Of a stretch of DNA of 35,080 nucleotides, positions 22,809 to 32,002 are shown piece after piece (the stretch's first letter is position 1; every line of letters begins with the position of its first letter). The stretch spans positions 1 through 35,080 of the IMG/VR virus record IMGVR_UViG_3300032269_000669; one strand, written 5' to 3'. The stretch is from a virus (taxonomy: Duplodnaviria; Caudoviricetes). A program made the position numbers and the translations under genes. The notes beneath the pieces are model-generated. The model was not told where the DNA came from, did no database searches, and worked only from the letters and a program-made list of their open reading frames with translations.

Positions 22809-23093
22809 TTAAATGACAATAACAGTTAATACAATAGCTGAAATGTCGCCGTCATGGCTCTGAATTGTAGTAAATCCAGGTACATAGGCAATATCAATAC
22901 CGCGTGGGGCTGTATACCCGCGTGCGATAGCAAGAGCCTTGGTAGCCTGATTAACAGCACCTGCGCCTACGGCGCGAACCTTACATGTGCGGTTTTCATA
23001 GATTGCGTGGGCAATGGCTGAAGCCACGGCCTGTGGGTTAGAACTCGCGCTTACGCGTAATGGTTCTTGTTCCTTTTTTACTTCATCTGACAT
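22809..23093 (-). CDS. spoVS: SpoVS family protein (Alba-like fold)
   Basis: LRVSASSNPQAVASAIA...VRAVGAGAVNQATKALAIARG...PGFTTI...ISAI matches the SpoVS signature. Confidence 0.9.
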   Translation of the reverse strand: MSDEVKKEQEPLRVSASSNPQAVASAIAHAIYENRTCKVRAVGAGAVNQATKALAIARGYTAPRGIDIAYVPGFTTIQSHDGDISAIVLTVIVI

Positions 23094-23156
23094 GTTATAC
23101 CTCGGTTACAAATAGTGGACGATACCCCGCGGTATAAATTATGAAGGTTTGCCCCC

Positions 23157-23381
23157 TTATGGTCTGTCTAAAGGGGTAGGGGCTTTAGCGTAAGACCCAC
23201 AGATAGCACATTCCATATCTAAGAAGTACTGGGATAACTCATAGTCTTGAAAAGATGCTTTAACGTTCCAAATGCTGGATTCGCAATGGGGGCACTCATG
23301 GCACACCTCATCGGCGTAGTCCATAGTCCCAGAGTAATCAGGCTTCAGCTCGCGCAGTGGCTTGCCGTTTGATTTCATCAA
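23157..23381 (-). CDS. zinc-ribbon protein
   Basis: HECPHCES...MECAICGS..APTPLD. Confidence 0.75.
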   Translation of the reverse strand: MMKSNGKPLRELKPDYSGTMDYADEVCHECPHCESSIWNVKASFQDYELSQYFLDMECAICGSYAKAPTPLDRP

Positions 23382-23580
23382 TCAGGTTCCTGTTCTTATC
23401 CATCTCAGCCTCAATTAAAGCTTTTTGTTCTTCAGAAAACGTGTCTTTGTTAGCTTCATATAGCTCTACGCCCACGTTAAAGTTATGTTCAAAAGTAGCT
23501 AGGTTTTGTGATAAACGAGCTGCTATAAACTCTTGTTGTTCAGCTTTACGAAAAGCAATCTTCTCTTGTCGTTTACTCAT
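23338..23580 (-). CDS. coiled-coil hypothetical protein
   Basis: 80 aa; helical, E/K/Q-rich. Confidence 0.7.
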   Translation of the reverse strand: MSKRQEKIAFRKAEQQEFIAARLSQNLATFEHNFNVGVELYEANKDTFSEEQKALIEAEMDKNRNLIDEIKRQATARAEA

Positions 23581-23581
23581 T

Positions 23582-23656
23582 TTAATCCCAAAAAGTCATA
23601 ACTAGCCAACCAATTGGTATGCCAATTAGTATTCCTAAAAGTAATGATTCTGTCAT
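23582..23656 (-). CDS. tiny membrane peptide (24 aa)
   Basis: MTESLLLGILIGIPIGWLVMTFWD; ATGA overlap; fills the gap exactly. Confidence 0.5.
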   Translation of the reverse strand: MTESLLLGILIGIPIGWLVMTFWD

Positions 23657-23823
23657 TGACCGCCCCAACCGCTCCCTTTTAAATGAATTCCAAAGTTAGA
23701 GAACTGACGAAAAGCCTCTTTACCGCACTCACACATAATGGCGGGTGCAGGACCGTCTGCAATAGGAAAGAAGCTTTCAGTTAACTTCTGACAACTATCA
23801 CACTTGTATTCGTAATTAGGCAT
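23653..23823 (-). CDS. FmdB-family zinc-ribbon regulator (56 aa)
   Basis: MPNYEYKCDSC...CECG...FGIHLKGSGW matches MP.YEY.C..C...KGSGW. Confidence 0.85.
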   Translation of the reverse strand: MPNYEYKCDSCQKLTESFFPIADGPAPAIMCECGKEAFRQFSNFGIHLKGSGWGGQ

Positions 23824-24362
23824 CACTTCTCCCTAAACTTTGGGTCCTGAAGTTTATCGTACATTTCCTTCTCGTATGCAAGCTCATGCTTACCCGACAC
23901 GAGCCTTGCCAAAGCAAATGAGTCTGCCGCATTGTCATCTGAAAACTCAGCATCCCATTTCTTGTATACGTACATAAGAATCTGGCTTTTAGATATGCCG
24001 TTTCCTTTACCTGTAACGTACTTCTTTAAGTTAGTGGGTGGAACTATCAATGGGTAAATCCCAAAGTCAAGCAAGGTTAGCTTGACCATGCCACCCAGCT
24101 CCCCAAGCATGTTAGCCATCTGTGAACCAAATGCGTAGCCTTCCATAGCCACATCTTCAATGTTGTCAAACTCGTGCAACCAGTTCATTACGTGGCTTTG
24201 AATATCCCGTAAACGGTCTATACCGCGTTTATCAGACTTGTACACCTCGGTGTAATAGTTGTTGTCGTCTACATAGGCAGTTATAGCAAATCCACTATAG
24301 GACTGGTCAACCCCAAGGTAAATGCGTTGGTTTTTAACCACGCCTTTGTAGAAAACCTTCAT
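23823..24362 (-). CDS. ruvC: RuvC-like Holliday junction resolvase
   Basis: YLGVDQSYSGF; VAMEGY; LGELGG; PTNLKKYVTGKGN..K; DNAADS. Confidence 0.85.
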   Translation of the reverse strand: MKVFYKGVVKNQRIYLGVDQSYSGFAITAYVDDNNYYTEVYKSDKRGIDRLRDIQSHVMNWLHEFDNIEDVAMEGYAFGSQMANMLGELGGMVKLTLLDFGIYPLIVPPTNLKKYVTGKGNGISKSQILMYVYKKWDAEFSDDNAADSFALARLVSGKHELAYEKEMYDKLQDPKFREK

Positions 24363-24841
24363 TAGAACCTTGAACGCATAGATGACGTACGGCGTGTTAG
24401 TTCACGGCTAGCAAGATTGTAGTAACGCTCTAAGTTGTCTTGAGTAGTCTCTAGCATCTTGCGGTATGCGTGTGCGTACATCTTTCTATCAGCTAACTCT
24501 TTAATGTTAGGTAATGCCATAACAGTAGCTTTGAGCATGGTTGCTTTCTCTGTGCTCTTACCAGAACTGTGTTGAAGTAAAGCTTTTCCTTCTTCAAGGC
24601 TGTACTCATTATCGGCTTCAAGTTCTGCTAACGAAGCACATGCTACTTGAGTACGAATAAAACTGTAGTTTTCCATGTACTTGGTAGCTAGAATCATTAG
24701 TTCTTGGTCGTCGACTGCCGTAATGTCCGTTGGAAAGGGTGGCGCTTCGATGTCCATTCTACGTCTAACAGGTAGACCTTGCGCTTCAAGTACTTTAAGA
24801 ACCTCATCGCTTACCCCCGTTGCAACTATGTTAATCATCAT
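24362..24841 (-). CDS. helical protein, possibly a UvsY-like recombination mediator
   Basis: coiled-coil; ends SRELTRR; located in the recombination cluster (function inferred from context only). Confidence 0.55.
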   Translation of the reverse strand: MMINIVATGVSDEVLKVLEAQGLPVRRRMDIEAPPFPTDITAVDDQELMILATKYMENYSFIRTQVACASLAELEADNEYSLEEGKALLQHSSGKSTEKATMLKATVMALPNIKELADRKMYAHAYRKMLETTQDNLERYYNLASRELTRRTSSMRSRF

Positions 24842-25673
24842 ACCCCCTGCACTTAGAACAACCAGTAGCGCTGATATTACACGCTATTGGTGTTTTATCT
24901 CTTACCGCTTTGACAATCATCTCTGCTGCTTCAAACAGTTCTGTAACACCAAAGTCAGACTTTGGAACTACAAACTCTTTAGCTTCTTGATTAGGCTTAG
25001 CTTCGTAGATAAGAACCGCCTCTTGCGGAACGTTCTCGTACCCTAGCAGTTCTGCTAACTTCATGTAAATCTGGACCTGTGTAATGTGTTTTTGAAATGG
25101 TGCTTTAATCGACTTCCATGCAGCATCAAAGTTGTTATCGTGCTCTATAAGCAACTCTGGGGCTTCCCACCGTAAAGTGCCAACGCCAACAGATTTAATC
25201 TCTAGCATTAGCGGGTCACCTAGACCAACAAGCCAACCGTCAGAATGTCCAAAGATACGTAGTGGTTCATAGAATAAAGGAACTTCTCGGTATTCTAAAG
25301 GCCCTTCGTGACAGTCTGAACCGCCCCAAAACATCTCTTCACAGTCTTGGCAATACCACTTGCCGTACATAACGCCCATTTGATAAAACCACTTCTGCCA
25401 CTTAGCGTGGATAGAGTGACCCTCTTCAAACACAGACAATAGGGTTAGCGTTGTTTTACGCTTCTCAACAGGTTGTGCGCCACACAATTGAAAGTAAGAA
25501 GCGCGATGGCACCAAGAACCGCTTGCCATCTCTGAAGGGTGTAGAACATCTGTTCTACGGCTTTCATCTCTTGGCTTTGATAATAGGTATCGTTCTACAG
25601 AACCAAGTACACGCGTATCTTTCTTTGCCACTTCAATAAACCTCTTTAATGTGTTACCTGGTTTGTAAGTCAT
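24831..25673 (-). CDS. Cas4-like PD-(D/E)xK exonuclease
   Basis: LHPSE...WC; GHSIH; GHSDG; LEIKS; QVQIY; C-terminal C...CSKC. Confidence 0.85.
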   Translation of the reverse strand: MTYKPGNTLKRFIEVAKKDTRVLGSVERYLLSKPRDESRRTDVLHPSEMASGSWCHRASYFQLCGAQPVEKRKTTLTLLSVFEEGHSIHAKWQKWFYQMGVMYGKWYCQDCEEMFWGGSDCHEGPLEYREVPLFYEPLRIFGHSDGWLVGLGDPLMLEIKSVGVGTLRWEAPELLIEHDNNFDAAWKSIKAPFQKHITQVQIYMKLAELLGYENVPQEAVLIYEAKPNQEAKEFVVPKSDFGVTELFEAAEMIVKAVRDKTPIACNISATGCSKCRGYDD

Positions 25674-25685
25674 ATGTCTAACCTA

Positions 25686-26003
25686 TCACGACTTCTTAGT
25701 GTTTATCCATCCTTCTAGCGTCATACCAGCTTTGGCTGCTTTGCGCTTAAGTGCACTACGTTCACGGTGACTCATGCCACCCCAAATGCCGTGCTGTTCT
25801 TCCATAGACTCTGCATAAAGTAAACACTCTTTACGAACTGGACATTCTGGAAAACCATCTCTGCCGTAGCAGACAGCTTTAGATATACCTGCTACTACTC
25901 GGTATTTAGCTTTATCTCTTGGTGGAAACCAGAGTTCTGTATCTTGTCCTCGGCACTTTGCTTTGTATCGCCAAGGTTCTGGACCTGAGTCATCGTCGTA
26001 CAA
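25686..26003 (-). CDS. whiB: WhiB family transcription factor
   Basis: W..KAKC...WFP...KAVC...CPVRKECL.YA...GIWGG..RER. Confidence 0.92.
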   Translation of the reverse strand: MYDDDSGPEPWRYKAKCRGQDTELWFPPRDKAKYRVVAGISKAVCYGRDGFPECPVRKECLLYAESMEEQHGIWGGMSHRERSALKRKAAKAGMTLEGWINTKKS

Positions 26004-26320
26004 GTATGCTCCTGAAGAGTATGGCGCAGTTCTAGAAAATCATCTTCAGTTAACATAACGTAATTCTCGTTGTTAAGACTAAAGCCGAGGACAGGCGTCC
26101 GACCGTCAAGGATTGCTTCCTTAACAATCTTTTCCAAAACCGTCGCTTTGACGGTAAAGGAAGCTTTGCCAGTCCACTTATGTTCTATTAAAAGGTCAGT
26201 AGACCGTACATCGCCTTTCCGACTCCAGAATGCGCCGCTTCCAGCACTACGCTGTCCGCCAACTAATCCTGCTAGTCGGTCCTCATGCTTCTTTGATTCG
26301 CGCTGGCCCTTACTCTTCAT
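25895..26320 (-). CDS. Hjc-type PD-(D/E)xK Holliday junction resolvase-like nuclease
   Basis: HEDRLA...SGA...KGDV...LIEHK. Confidence 0.75.
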   Translation of the reverse strand: MKSKGQRESKKHEDRLAGLVGGQRSAGSGAFWSRKGDVRSTDLLIEHKWTGKASFTVKATVLEKIVKEAILDGRTPVLGFSLNNENYVMLTEDDFLELRHTLQEHTCTTMTQVQNLGDTKQSAEDKIQNSGFHQEIKLNTE

Positions 26321-27365
26321 TTACGTACTTAGACCCAGCTTTAATTGAGTCTAGTACATCCCGTTCAAGGGCCTCTTGCAAATCAATCTCTTCCCGAATG
26401 GAGCCAAGCATAGCATCCTTACCCATCCACTGCCTCTCGCCATACCGATAGTAAGCACCAGCTCTGACAATAACCTTGTTCATCGCACCGATAGCAATGA
26501 TTTCCTTAGCAAAATCAATGTCACCAGCCTCTAGCTCCCCACCGTTACCAAAGTAAAAGTCAACTAGGGCAGTAGCTCCTGGTGGGGCTGACTTGTTCTT
26601 CATGACTCTAAACTTAATAGTTTGGCCAACCTTGCGCTTTTCTTCACCAGTACCAGCTTCAATCCACTCGTCACGTCGTACCTCTACGCGGGTAAAGTAA
26701 CTGTAGTTCTTTCCTTTACCGCCAGGTGTAGTGCGTGGGTCGCCGTACATAACGCCAATCTTGTCGCGCCATTGATTAATAATGATTCCGATAAATGGTC
26801 GTTCGTGCTCTATTAATGAACGCTTAGACGCCAACCCTACCTTACGGAAGAACTTGTTGGTTAGGAGCGCTCCTCGTCCAACGGTTGATTCATCCATGTT
26901 CTTTTCATCTTCCGTGCTAGGAACGAGGGCAGGAAGGCTATCAACAATAATACAATCCACGGACTTACTTTCGGCAATCCTAATGACCGCTTCATATGCT
27001 TCCTCCATTAAGTTAGTTGATACTACGTAAACGCGTGAGGTATCTACGCCACACATCTCTGCGTAACTAGGTACCCACTGTTCTGCTGCAACCCATACAG
27101 TTGTAAAGTCTGGGTCTTTCTTTTGATTAGCTGCAATTGTCTTTAATGCAATAGCGGTCTTACCTTGGCTCTCTTCACCAATAATCTCATGCCATTGATT
27201 GGTAGGCCAACCACCACCAAGTGCTACGTCTAATGACACAGAACCTGTTGTAATGCGACCCATAAAGTCGTCTCTAATCTCAGAGCCAAGGACAATCGTG
27301 CCCTCACCCATTGCTTTGTTAAGGTCTTTTAATACCTTAGCTAAATCTGCTGTCATATTTGCCAT
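26310..27365 (-). CDS. recA: RecA/UvsX recombinase
   Basis: TGSVSLDVALGGG; GEESQGKT; IIVDSLPAL; INQWRDKIGVMYGDPRTTPGG; KNK. Confidence 0.95.
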   Translation of the reverse strand: MANMTADLAKVLKDLNKAMGEGTIVLGSEIRDDFMGRITTGSVSLDVALGGGWPTNQWHEIIGEESQGKTAIALKTIAANQKKDPDFTTVWVAAEQWVPSYAEMCGVDTSRVYVVSTNLMEEAYEAVIRIAESKSVDCIIVDSLPALVPSTEDEKNMDESTVGRGALLTNKFFRKVGLASKRSLIEHERPFIGIIINQWRDKIGVMYGDPRTTPGGKGKNYSYFTRVEVRRDEWIEAGTGEEKRKVGQTIKFRVMKNKSAPPGATALVDFYFGNGGELEAGDIDFAKEIIAIGAMNKVIVRAGAYYRYGERQWMGKDAMLGSIREEIDLQEALERDVLDSIKAGSKYVNEE

Positions 27366-27736
27366 TAAAGATGTCCAATGATTGTCTGTGGGTTATAGCC
27401 GCCTGTAGGAACTTGAACAGCCTTCTGTGCGGGCCCAGAAGACGGAGCTGAGTTAGCGCCACCATGTGAGCTTCCTGCTTGAATTAAAGGATAACCGCAG
27501 TCATAACAACGCCAAGATTCCACCTGCCCACTTTGAGTAATCTGTTTTGCAGCTACAGCGTAGTTTTGGCTTCTACATTCTGGGCAAGTTGGTGACATTG
27601 GTGCTTGATATGACGGGGGCGTAGGTGCATAGTTCTGTGGCATAGGCACTTGTGGTTGATATTGAACTGGTTGTGGTTGCTGTGTTGGAACAGGCTGCCC
27701 CATCTTTTTAGCAAACCAATCTGCGCTACTCGTCAT
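27365..27736 (-). CDS. Gln/Pro-rich zinc-ribbon protein
   Basis: QP repeats; CPECRSQNY...RCYDCGYP. Confidence 0.8.
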   Translation of the reverse strand: MTSSADWFAKKMGQPVPTQQPQPVQYQPQVPMPQNYAPTPPSYQAPMSPTCPECRSQNYAVAAKQITQSGQVESWRCYDCGYPLIQAGSSHGGANSAPSSGPAQKAVQVPTGGYNPQTIIGHL

Positions 27737-28205
27737 CGTATATCTCCATATCTATGAACTCTGAGTTCACGGCGTTTGTGTGAATCATTCCTAAATCAAG
27801 AGCAATTGAAAACCCACCAATAAGAGTTGATAAAGCAACAGCTTTATAAACTGCGTACATACTATCGTAGTCTTCTTCTATTTCAGCTGCGCGTTCTGGG
27901 TCATGGTCTTTCATCTCTTTACTATGTAATTGAGATAAAGCATCTGCACTAAAGTTAGATACCATTTCTAGAAAAGGAAAAAGGGGCATAACGCGTTCAA
28001 CTCTGGTCTTGCTATCTTCATGCTCTTTGGTGTCGCCTTCTTCACTAACTCTATTAAGACCTAGTTGCTCGGCTAAACTATTAATGTTGTCTGATATTGC
28101 AGTGTCGTATAAGTACCAACGCAATAGGGTAGTCATAGGAACATTAGAAGACACTATTTCGTAATCGTCTTCTCTGTTGCCAAAGAACTTATTAAACCAA
28201 CTCAC
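27726..28205 (-). CDS. hypothetical protein
   Basis: 159 aa; GTGA overlap with the polA stop. Confidence 0.8.
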   Translation of the reverse strand: MSWFNKFFGNREDDYEIVSSNVPMTTLLRWYLYDTAISDNINSLAEQLGLNRVSEEGDTKEHEDSKTRVERVMPLFPFLEMVSNFSADALSQLHSKEMKDHDPERAAEIEEDYDSMYAVYKAVALSTLIGGFSIALDLGMIHTNAVNSEFIDMEIYDDE

Positions 28206-30169
28206 TTAGCCTCTCCCCACTTTTGTACAACTGTAATGTCAGCAATTAGAGGCACAGCAAGCATTTTAATACCTTCCATAGCATCTCTAATTGCTTCCTT
28301 AGTCTCTTCTACTAAGTAATCTGGGGTCAAGGTAACCAGTTCGTCGTGAACTGTGAGAATTAACTTAGCCTCTTTTGGTAGACGTTCGTAAGCCCTAATC
28401 ATAGCCAGCTTAATGATGTCTGCAGCTGACCCTTGAATGCGCGTGTTGAAAGCCTGACGTTCTGAGCTTGCGCGAAACCCTATCTGACGTGAGTTAATGT
28501 CTGGTAGGTATCTACGGCGTTTCATAATAGTTGTAACGTAACCCTTGTTACGCGCCACACCAATTACGCGAGCTCTGTACTTATCTACCGATGGAAACTT
28601 CTCAGAAAACGCATTAAGCAAGTCTTTAGCTTGCTGAACGCTGCAACCTATCTGACGTGAAATCTTATCTGGACCCACGCCATAAGCCATTGCCAATACT
28701 AGTACCTTGCCCGCCTTGCGGTCTACACCCATCGTATTACCAACAGTTGTATAGATGTCGCCCCCACTTAAGTAGTTGTCCATCATAATTGGGTCCTCTG
28801 ACATAGACGCAATCACCCTAGGCTCAATCTGTGAGTAGTCGGCTACGACTAGCTTGTAACCTTCAGGGGCAGTAAACAGGTTACGAATAGACTTACCGTG
28901 AATAGTATGGGGAGCAGGAACGTTTTGTAGGTTTGGGTTACGACTAGAAAAACGTCCAGTCTCGGCACCCCATTGAATAAAGTCTCCGTAAATGCGCCCG
29001 TCAACCAACATGCTCTCACGGTCTTCTGTCTTGGATTTACCGTTAACGGTCTTAATAACCTCACCGCCAAGGTAAGGGATTACATAAGTAGACATCAATT
29101 TGTTGTAGTCAGCATAACGAAGCAAAGCGTTTACTAGCTCATCAGTTTCTCTAAACTGCTCAATTGACTCAGCGCTAATAGAGTAATCCTTGTAAGTTCG
29201 CTCTTCATCTGATTTGTTAGCGCCCTTGCCAGTAGTTAACTTAGGTCGTAGACCTCGGCAACCTTCTTCCTTAGGACCAAACAAAATGTACTGTTTGTCG
29301 TTATTAGAGTTTAAGTTAAACACTCGACCAGCAATACCGTAAATCTCAGCGCGTACGAGTTCGATGTCTTTTTCTAACCGCTTATGCAAAGCTTTTAACT
29401 CTTTAATATCAATAGGAGCACCCGTTAACTTCATGTCGCAAAGCACACGAAGAACATCCATCTCAAGAGACATAACGCCCTCAACTTCTGCTTCTACAAG
29501 CTTTGGTACAAGGTTCTTCCAAAGTAAAAACGTGTATTTAGCGTCAAGGTAAGCGTATTTGGCTACCTCCTCAAAAGAATAGACCTCTACCTTATGACCG
29601 ATGCCCTTTTGCATAGAATAACCAAGTTCGCGTTGTAGGCAATCGTCTAAACCTAAACGTCCTCGGTTTCCGTTGTCGTATAGGAACGACGCCATAAGTG
29701 TGTCAAAGTAAGGACCTTCAGGAACTCTACCGCCGTAATACTTAGTAACAGAACTAAGGTCAAACACTAAGTTGTGGCCAATAGTTAATATCTTCTCATT
29801 AAACATTAAAGGCTCAATAGCCTTAAACACCTCAGCTGGAAACAACTGTTTAGGTGCTTCTGTAAAAGACTTAAGTGCTTTCTGTTTATTCGTTGAATAG
29901 TCAGATTCGCGAAGCGGTAACCCTTTTGCTGCTCTCTTCTCACCTGCTGCAGTCAATGGATACGTCTCAAATAAGAAATCGCCGTTGGGGTGTCCCATAG
30001 GAACTACATCCCCACGACCGTGCGTTGCAAAGCTAATCCAAAGAACTTCGTTTACTGCTGGAATGCCACGTAGCTCCCCTACGGTTTCAACGTCAAAAGC
30101 AAATGCGTCTTGTTGAAGATAGTACTCAACCATCTCTTTAAGTTCTTCTTTGGTGGTAATAATGTTCAA
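28202..30169 (-). CDS. polA: family A DNA polymerase with 3'-5' exonuclease
   Basis: FDVET; GHNLVFD; ETGRFSSRNPNLQN; ADYSQIEPR; RKAGKVLVLAMAYG; IQGSAAD; VHDE. Start probably TTG 30169 after AAGGGA. Confidence 0.95.
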   Translation of the reverse strand: MNIITTKEELKEMVEYYLQQDAFAFDVETVGELRGIPAVNEVLWISFATHGRGDVVPMGHPNGDFLFETYPLTAAGEKRAAKGLPLRESDYSTNKQKALKSFTEAPKQLFPAEVFKAIEPLMFNEKILTIGHNLVFDLSSVTKYYGGRVPEGPYFDTLMASFLYDNGNRGRLGLDDCLQRELGYSMQKGIGHKVEVYSFEEVAKYAYLDAKYTFLLWKNLVPKLVEAEVEGVMSLEMDVLRVLCDMKLTGAPIDIKELKALHKRLEKDIELVRAEIYGIAGRVFNLNSNNDKQYILFGPKEEGCRGLRPKLTTGKGANKSDEERTYKDYSISAESIEQFRETDELVNALLRYADYNKLMSTYVIPYLGGEVIKTVNGKSKTEDRESMLVDGRIYGDFIQWGAETGRFSSRNPNLQNVPAPHTIHGKSIRNLFTAPEGYKLVVADYSQIEPRVIASMSEDPIMMDNYLSGGDIYTTVGNTMGVDRKAGKVLVLAMAYGVGPDKISRQIGCSVQQAKDLLNAFSEKFPSVDKYRARVIGVARNKGYVTTIMKRRRYLPDINSRQIGFRASSERQAFNTRIQGSAADIIKLAMIRAYERLPKEAKLILTVHDELVTLTPDYLVEETKEAIRDAMEGIKMLAVPLIADITVVQKWGEAK

Positions 30170-30189
30170 GTTGTATCCCTTAATTAATG

Positions 30190-30219
30190 AGTAGCCAGGC
30201 CCCAAAGGGCCTGGCACTC
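30190..30219 (-). terminator. stem-loop between ssb and polA
   Basis: minus strand GAGT-GCCAGGCCC-TTTG-GGGCCTGGC-T-ACTC. Confidence 0.6.
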
Positions 30220-30232
30220 AACGACCTTGTTA

Positions 30233-30907
30233 TTAGGAAAGTGAAGCAGCGAGCGCTTCTAGCTCTTCCCAAGTAGGTTCCTTAATAATGGAACGGTCAT
30301 ATGGCTTCATTTCAGCAATCTGCGCCTCAATAGCTTCAATGTCAGTAATGCCCCAGTCTTCGGTAAGGTCACGAGACTTAACAGCATTGATGTGATAGAC
30401 CGTGGTCTGCATCTTTCCTGTACGACTAATCGCCCAGTAGTTCTTAGTTAAAGGACCCTGTGGTGAGAAGTGAGCTGCGTGTAGTGACTTGTAAAGACGT
30501 GGAGATGCAATAAGCATCTGACGTTGTACCCCGCCTGGCGCACTAAGGTTAGCAATGGTGAAAGCTTTCTTGTCTTCAGGCTTGCTACCTAGCTTTACGC
30601 AAAGTGGGTCATTAGCTCCAAGAGATACAAACGAACGCTTTCCTGTTGTAATCTGCTGTAGGAAGTGCTGCTTGTAAATTGCAAATGGACCATTAGGGTC
30701 TAGGAACTTAACGATTTGAAACTCACCCTCGTTAAACTTAAACTCTTTAGGGAAGTCTCCTGATGGTGCAGATGAAGTCTCTGCTGCGTCCCAACCTGAC
30801 TGCACAACTGTGGATGTGCTTTGAGCTGGACGTTCTGTTATTGGTGTATCCAGATTAGCGAACTCGTCGGTTTCTGGTAGATAGTCTTCTGTACGGTTTA
30901 CTGCCAT
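30233..30907 (-). CDS. single-stranded DNA-binding protein (gp32-like), probable
   Basis: IVKFLD...YKQHF...DPLC...ISRTG..QTT.Y; position next to polA. Confidence 0.7.
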   Translation of the reverse strand: MAVNRTEDYLPETDEFANLDTPITERPAQSTSTVVQSGWDAAETSSAPSGDFPKEFKFNEGEFQIVKFLDPNGPFAIYKQHFLQQITTGKRSFVSLGANDPLCVKLGSKPEDKKAFTIANLSAPGGVQRQMLIASPRLYKSLHAAHFSPQGPLTKNYWAISRTGKMQTTVYHINAVKSRDLTEDWGITDIEAIEAQIAEMKPYDRSIIKEPTWEELEALAASLS

Positions 30908-30927
30908 TTGTTTATCATCCTTTTATG

Positions 30928-31398
30928 TTAGTTTGCATTGTTTTCGTCTGCTCGGATTTGACTCCAAGCCTCGGCAATCTCATTACTGAGCTGTCGGTGT
31001 AATGACCATTCTATACGTTTTGTATATAGAAGTCCAGCCGAATCCAGTAACTCAACAAGCCTTTCAATCATAGCTTTTGAATAAAGCCTACGACCTTTCT
31101 GCTCCTTACCGTTAACCATCTTAGATGGTAGTCGATACGGTGCCGCAGGTATGTAACCCTCTTTAATCCAAGAACGTATGGAGATAATCGGGCGGCCTAC
31201 TGCAGCCGCAAGCGCACCAATAGTAAACAACTCAAGGTCTCTGCCGTTGGGTAATGTTTTTACGTAGGGCTTTGCATCCCAAGTTGGAACAGGCTCTACT
31301 TCAGGCTTCTTAGCCACTACAGGTTTACGCTTACGTTTACTCCCTGGATAATAGTCATCCAGACCAGCAAAAGTAGAATCTATTAAATCGTCTGTCAC
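30928..31398 (-). CDS. MerR-like HTH DNA-binding protein
   Basis: LFTIGALAAAVGR...IRSWIKEGYIP...GRRLYS. Confidence 0.8.
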   Translation of the reverse strand: MTDDLIDSTFAGLDDYYPGSKRKRKPVVAKKPEVEPVPTWDAKPYVKTLPNGRDLELFTIGALAAAVGRPIISIRSWIKEGYIPAAPYRLPSKMVNGKEQKGRRLYSKAMIERLVELLDSAGLLYTKRIEWSLHRQLSNEIAEAWSQIRADENNAN

Positions 31399-31799
31399 TT
31401 ATTGCTCACAATAAATGCGTAAGTCTCCTTAGCTGGAAACATGGTATCAATGTCCTCTTCACTTAAATAACCTTCATAAAAAGCAGCCATAATTGCTGCC
31501 TCATCAAGTGTGGGAATCATCTTAATACAAGTATCTTTAATACCGCGAACTGTTAATAAGTCTTCCGCAATAGTCATGTCTAGATTCTTAGATACTCGGC
31601 GTTGACGGGTAAGTGTTACGTCCCCAACGGTTTCGTCTTCAATCTTAATTACCCTATGGCCTTTATCATCAGGTTCTTCTAAAGATACTGTGTCTACAAG
31701 GCGTTGTTTTATCTCACTTTGACGTTTAGTCAAGAAATCAATTTGGTCTTTAAGCGCAAGGTATTGGCGTGTATCGGCAATTAAAGCATCAGTTGTCAT
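31395..31799 (-). CDS. hypothetical protein (N-terminal coiled coil)
   Basis: 134 aa; AAGGGA SD. Confidence 0.8.
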   Translation of the reverse strand: MTTDALIADTRQYLALKDQIDFLTKRQSEIKQRLVDTVSLEEPDDKGHRVIKIEDETVGDVTLTRQRRVSKNLDMTIAEDLLTVRGIKDTCIKMIPTLDEAAIMAAFYEGYLSEEDIDTMFPAKETYAFIVSNK

Positions 31800-31826
31800 A
31801 GTTTTATCCCTTTGGTTAGGGACAAT

Positions 31827-31856
31827 AACTTAGTACTGGGTTAGATTAGTTGTCAA
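31827..31856 (-). promoter_or_regulatory. sigma70-type promoter for the HTH/ssb/polA operon
   Basis: TTGACA-18 bp-TAAGTT. Confidence 0.65.
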
Positions 31857-31995
31857 GCGCAACATAAGCTTCAAGAGCTTCAATGATTACGCTAGTTACT
31901 GTCACACGCTCGGAAGCAGCTTTCTTTTGCACTGCCGTCCATAGGTTGTCAGACACGCGGATAGTGCGCGTTGGTGTCTTAGGTGGTGTAGCCAT
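31846..31995 (-). CDS. ribbon-helix-helix DNA-binding protein (49 aa)
   Basis: MATPPKTPTRTIRVSDNLWTAVQKKAASERVTVTSVIIEALEAYVALDN; below the ORF-track cutoff. Confidence 0.8.
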   Translation of the reverse strand: MATPPKTPTRTIRVSDNLWTAVQKKAASERVTVTSVIIEALEAYVALDN

Positions 31996-32002
31996 CCTAT
32001 AA

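Noticed and set aside
24831-25673. Cas4 as evidence of a CRISPR-Cas system
   Set aside because: It is a stand-alone Cas4-like nuclease in a recombination operon, with no other cas genes or array.
30170-30217. N-terminal extension of PolA from GTG 30217
   Set aside because: It lies within a GC-rich hairpin; TTG 30169 has an SD (AAGGGA) and gives a typical N-terminus.
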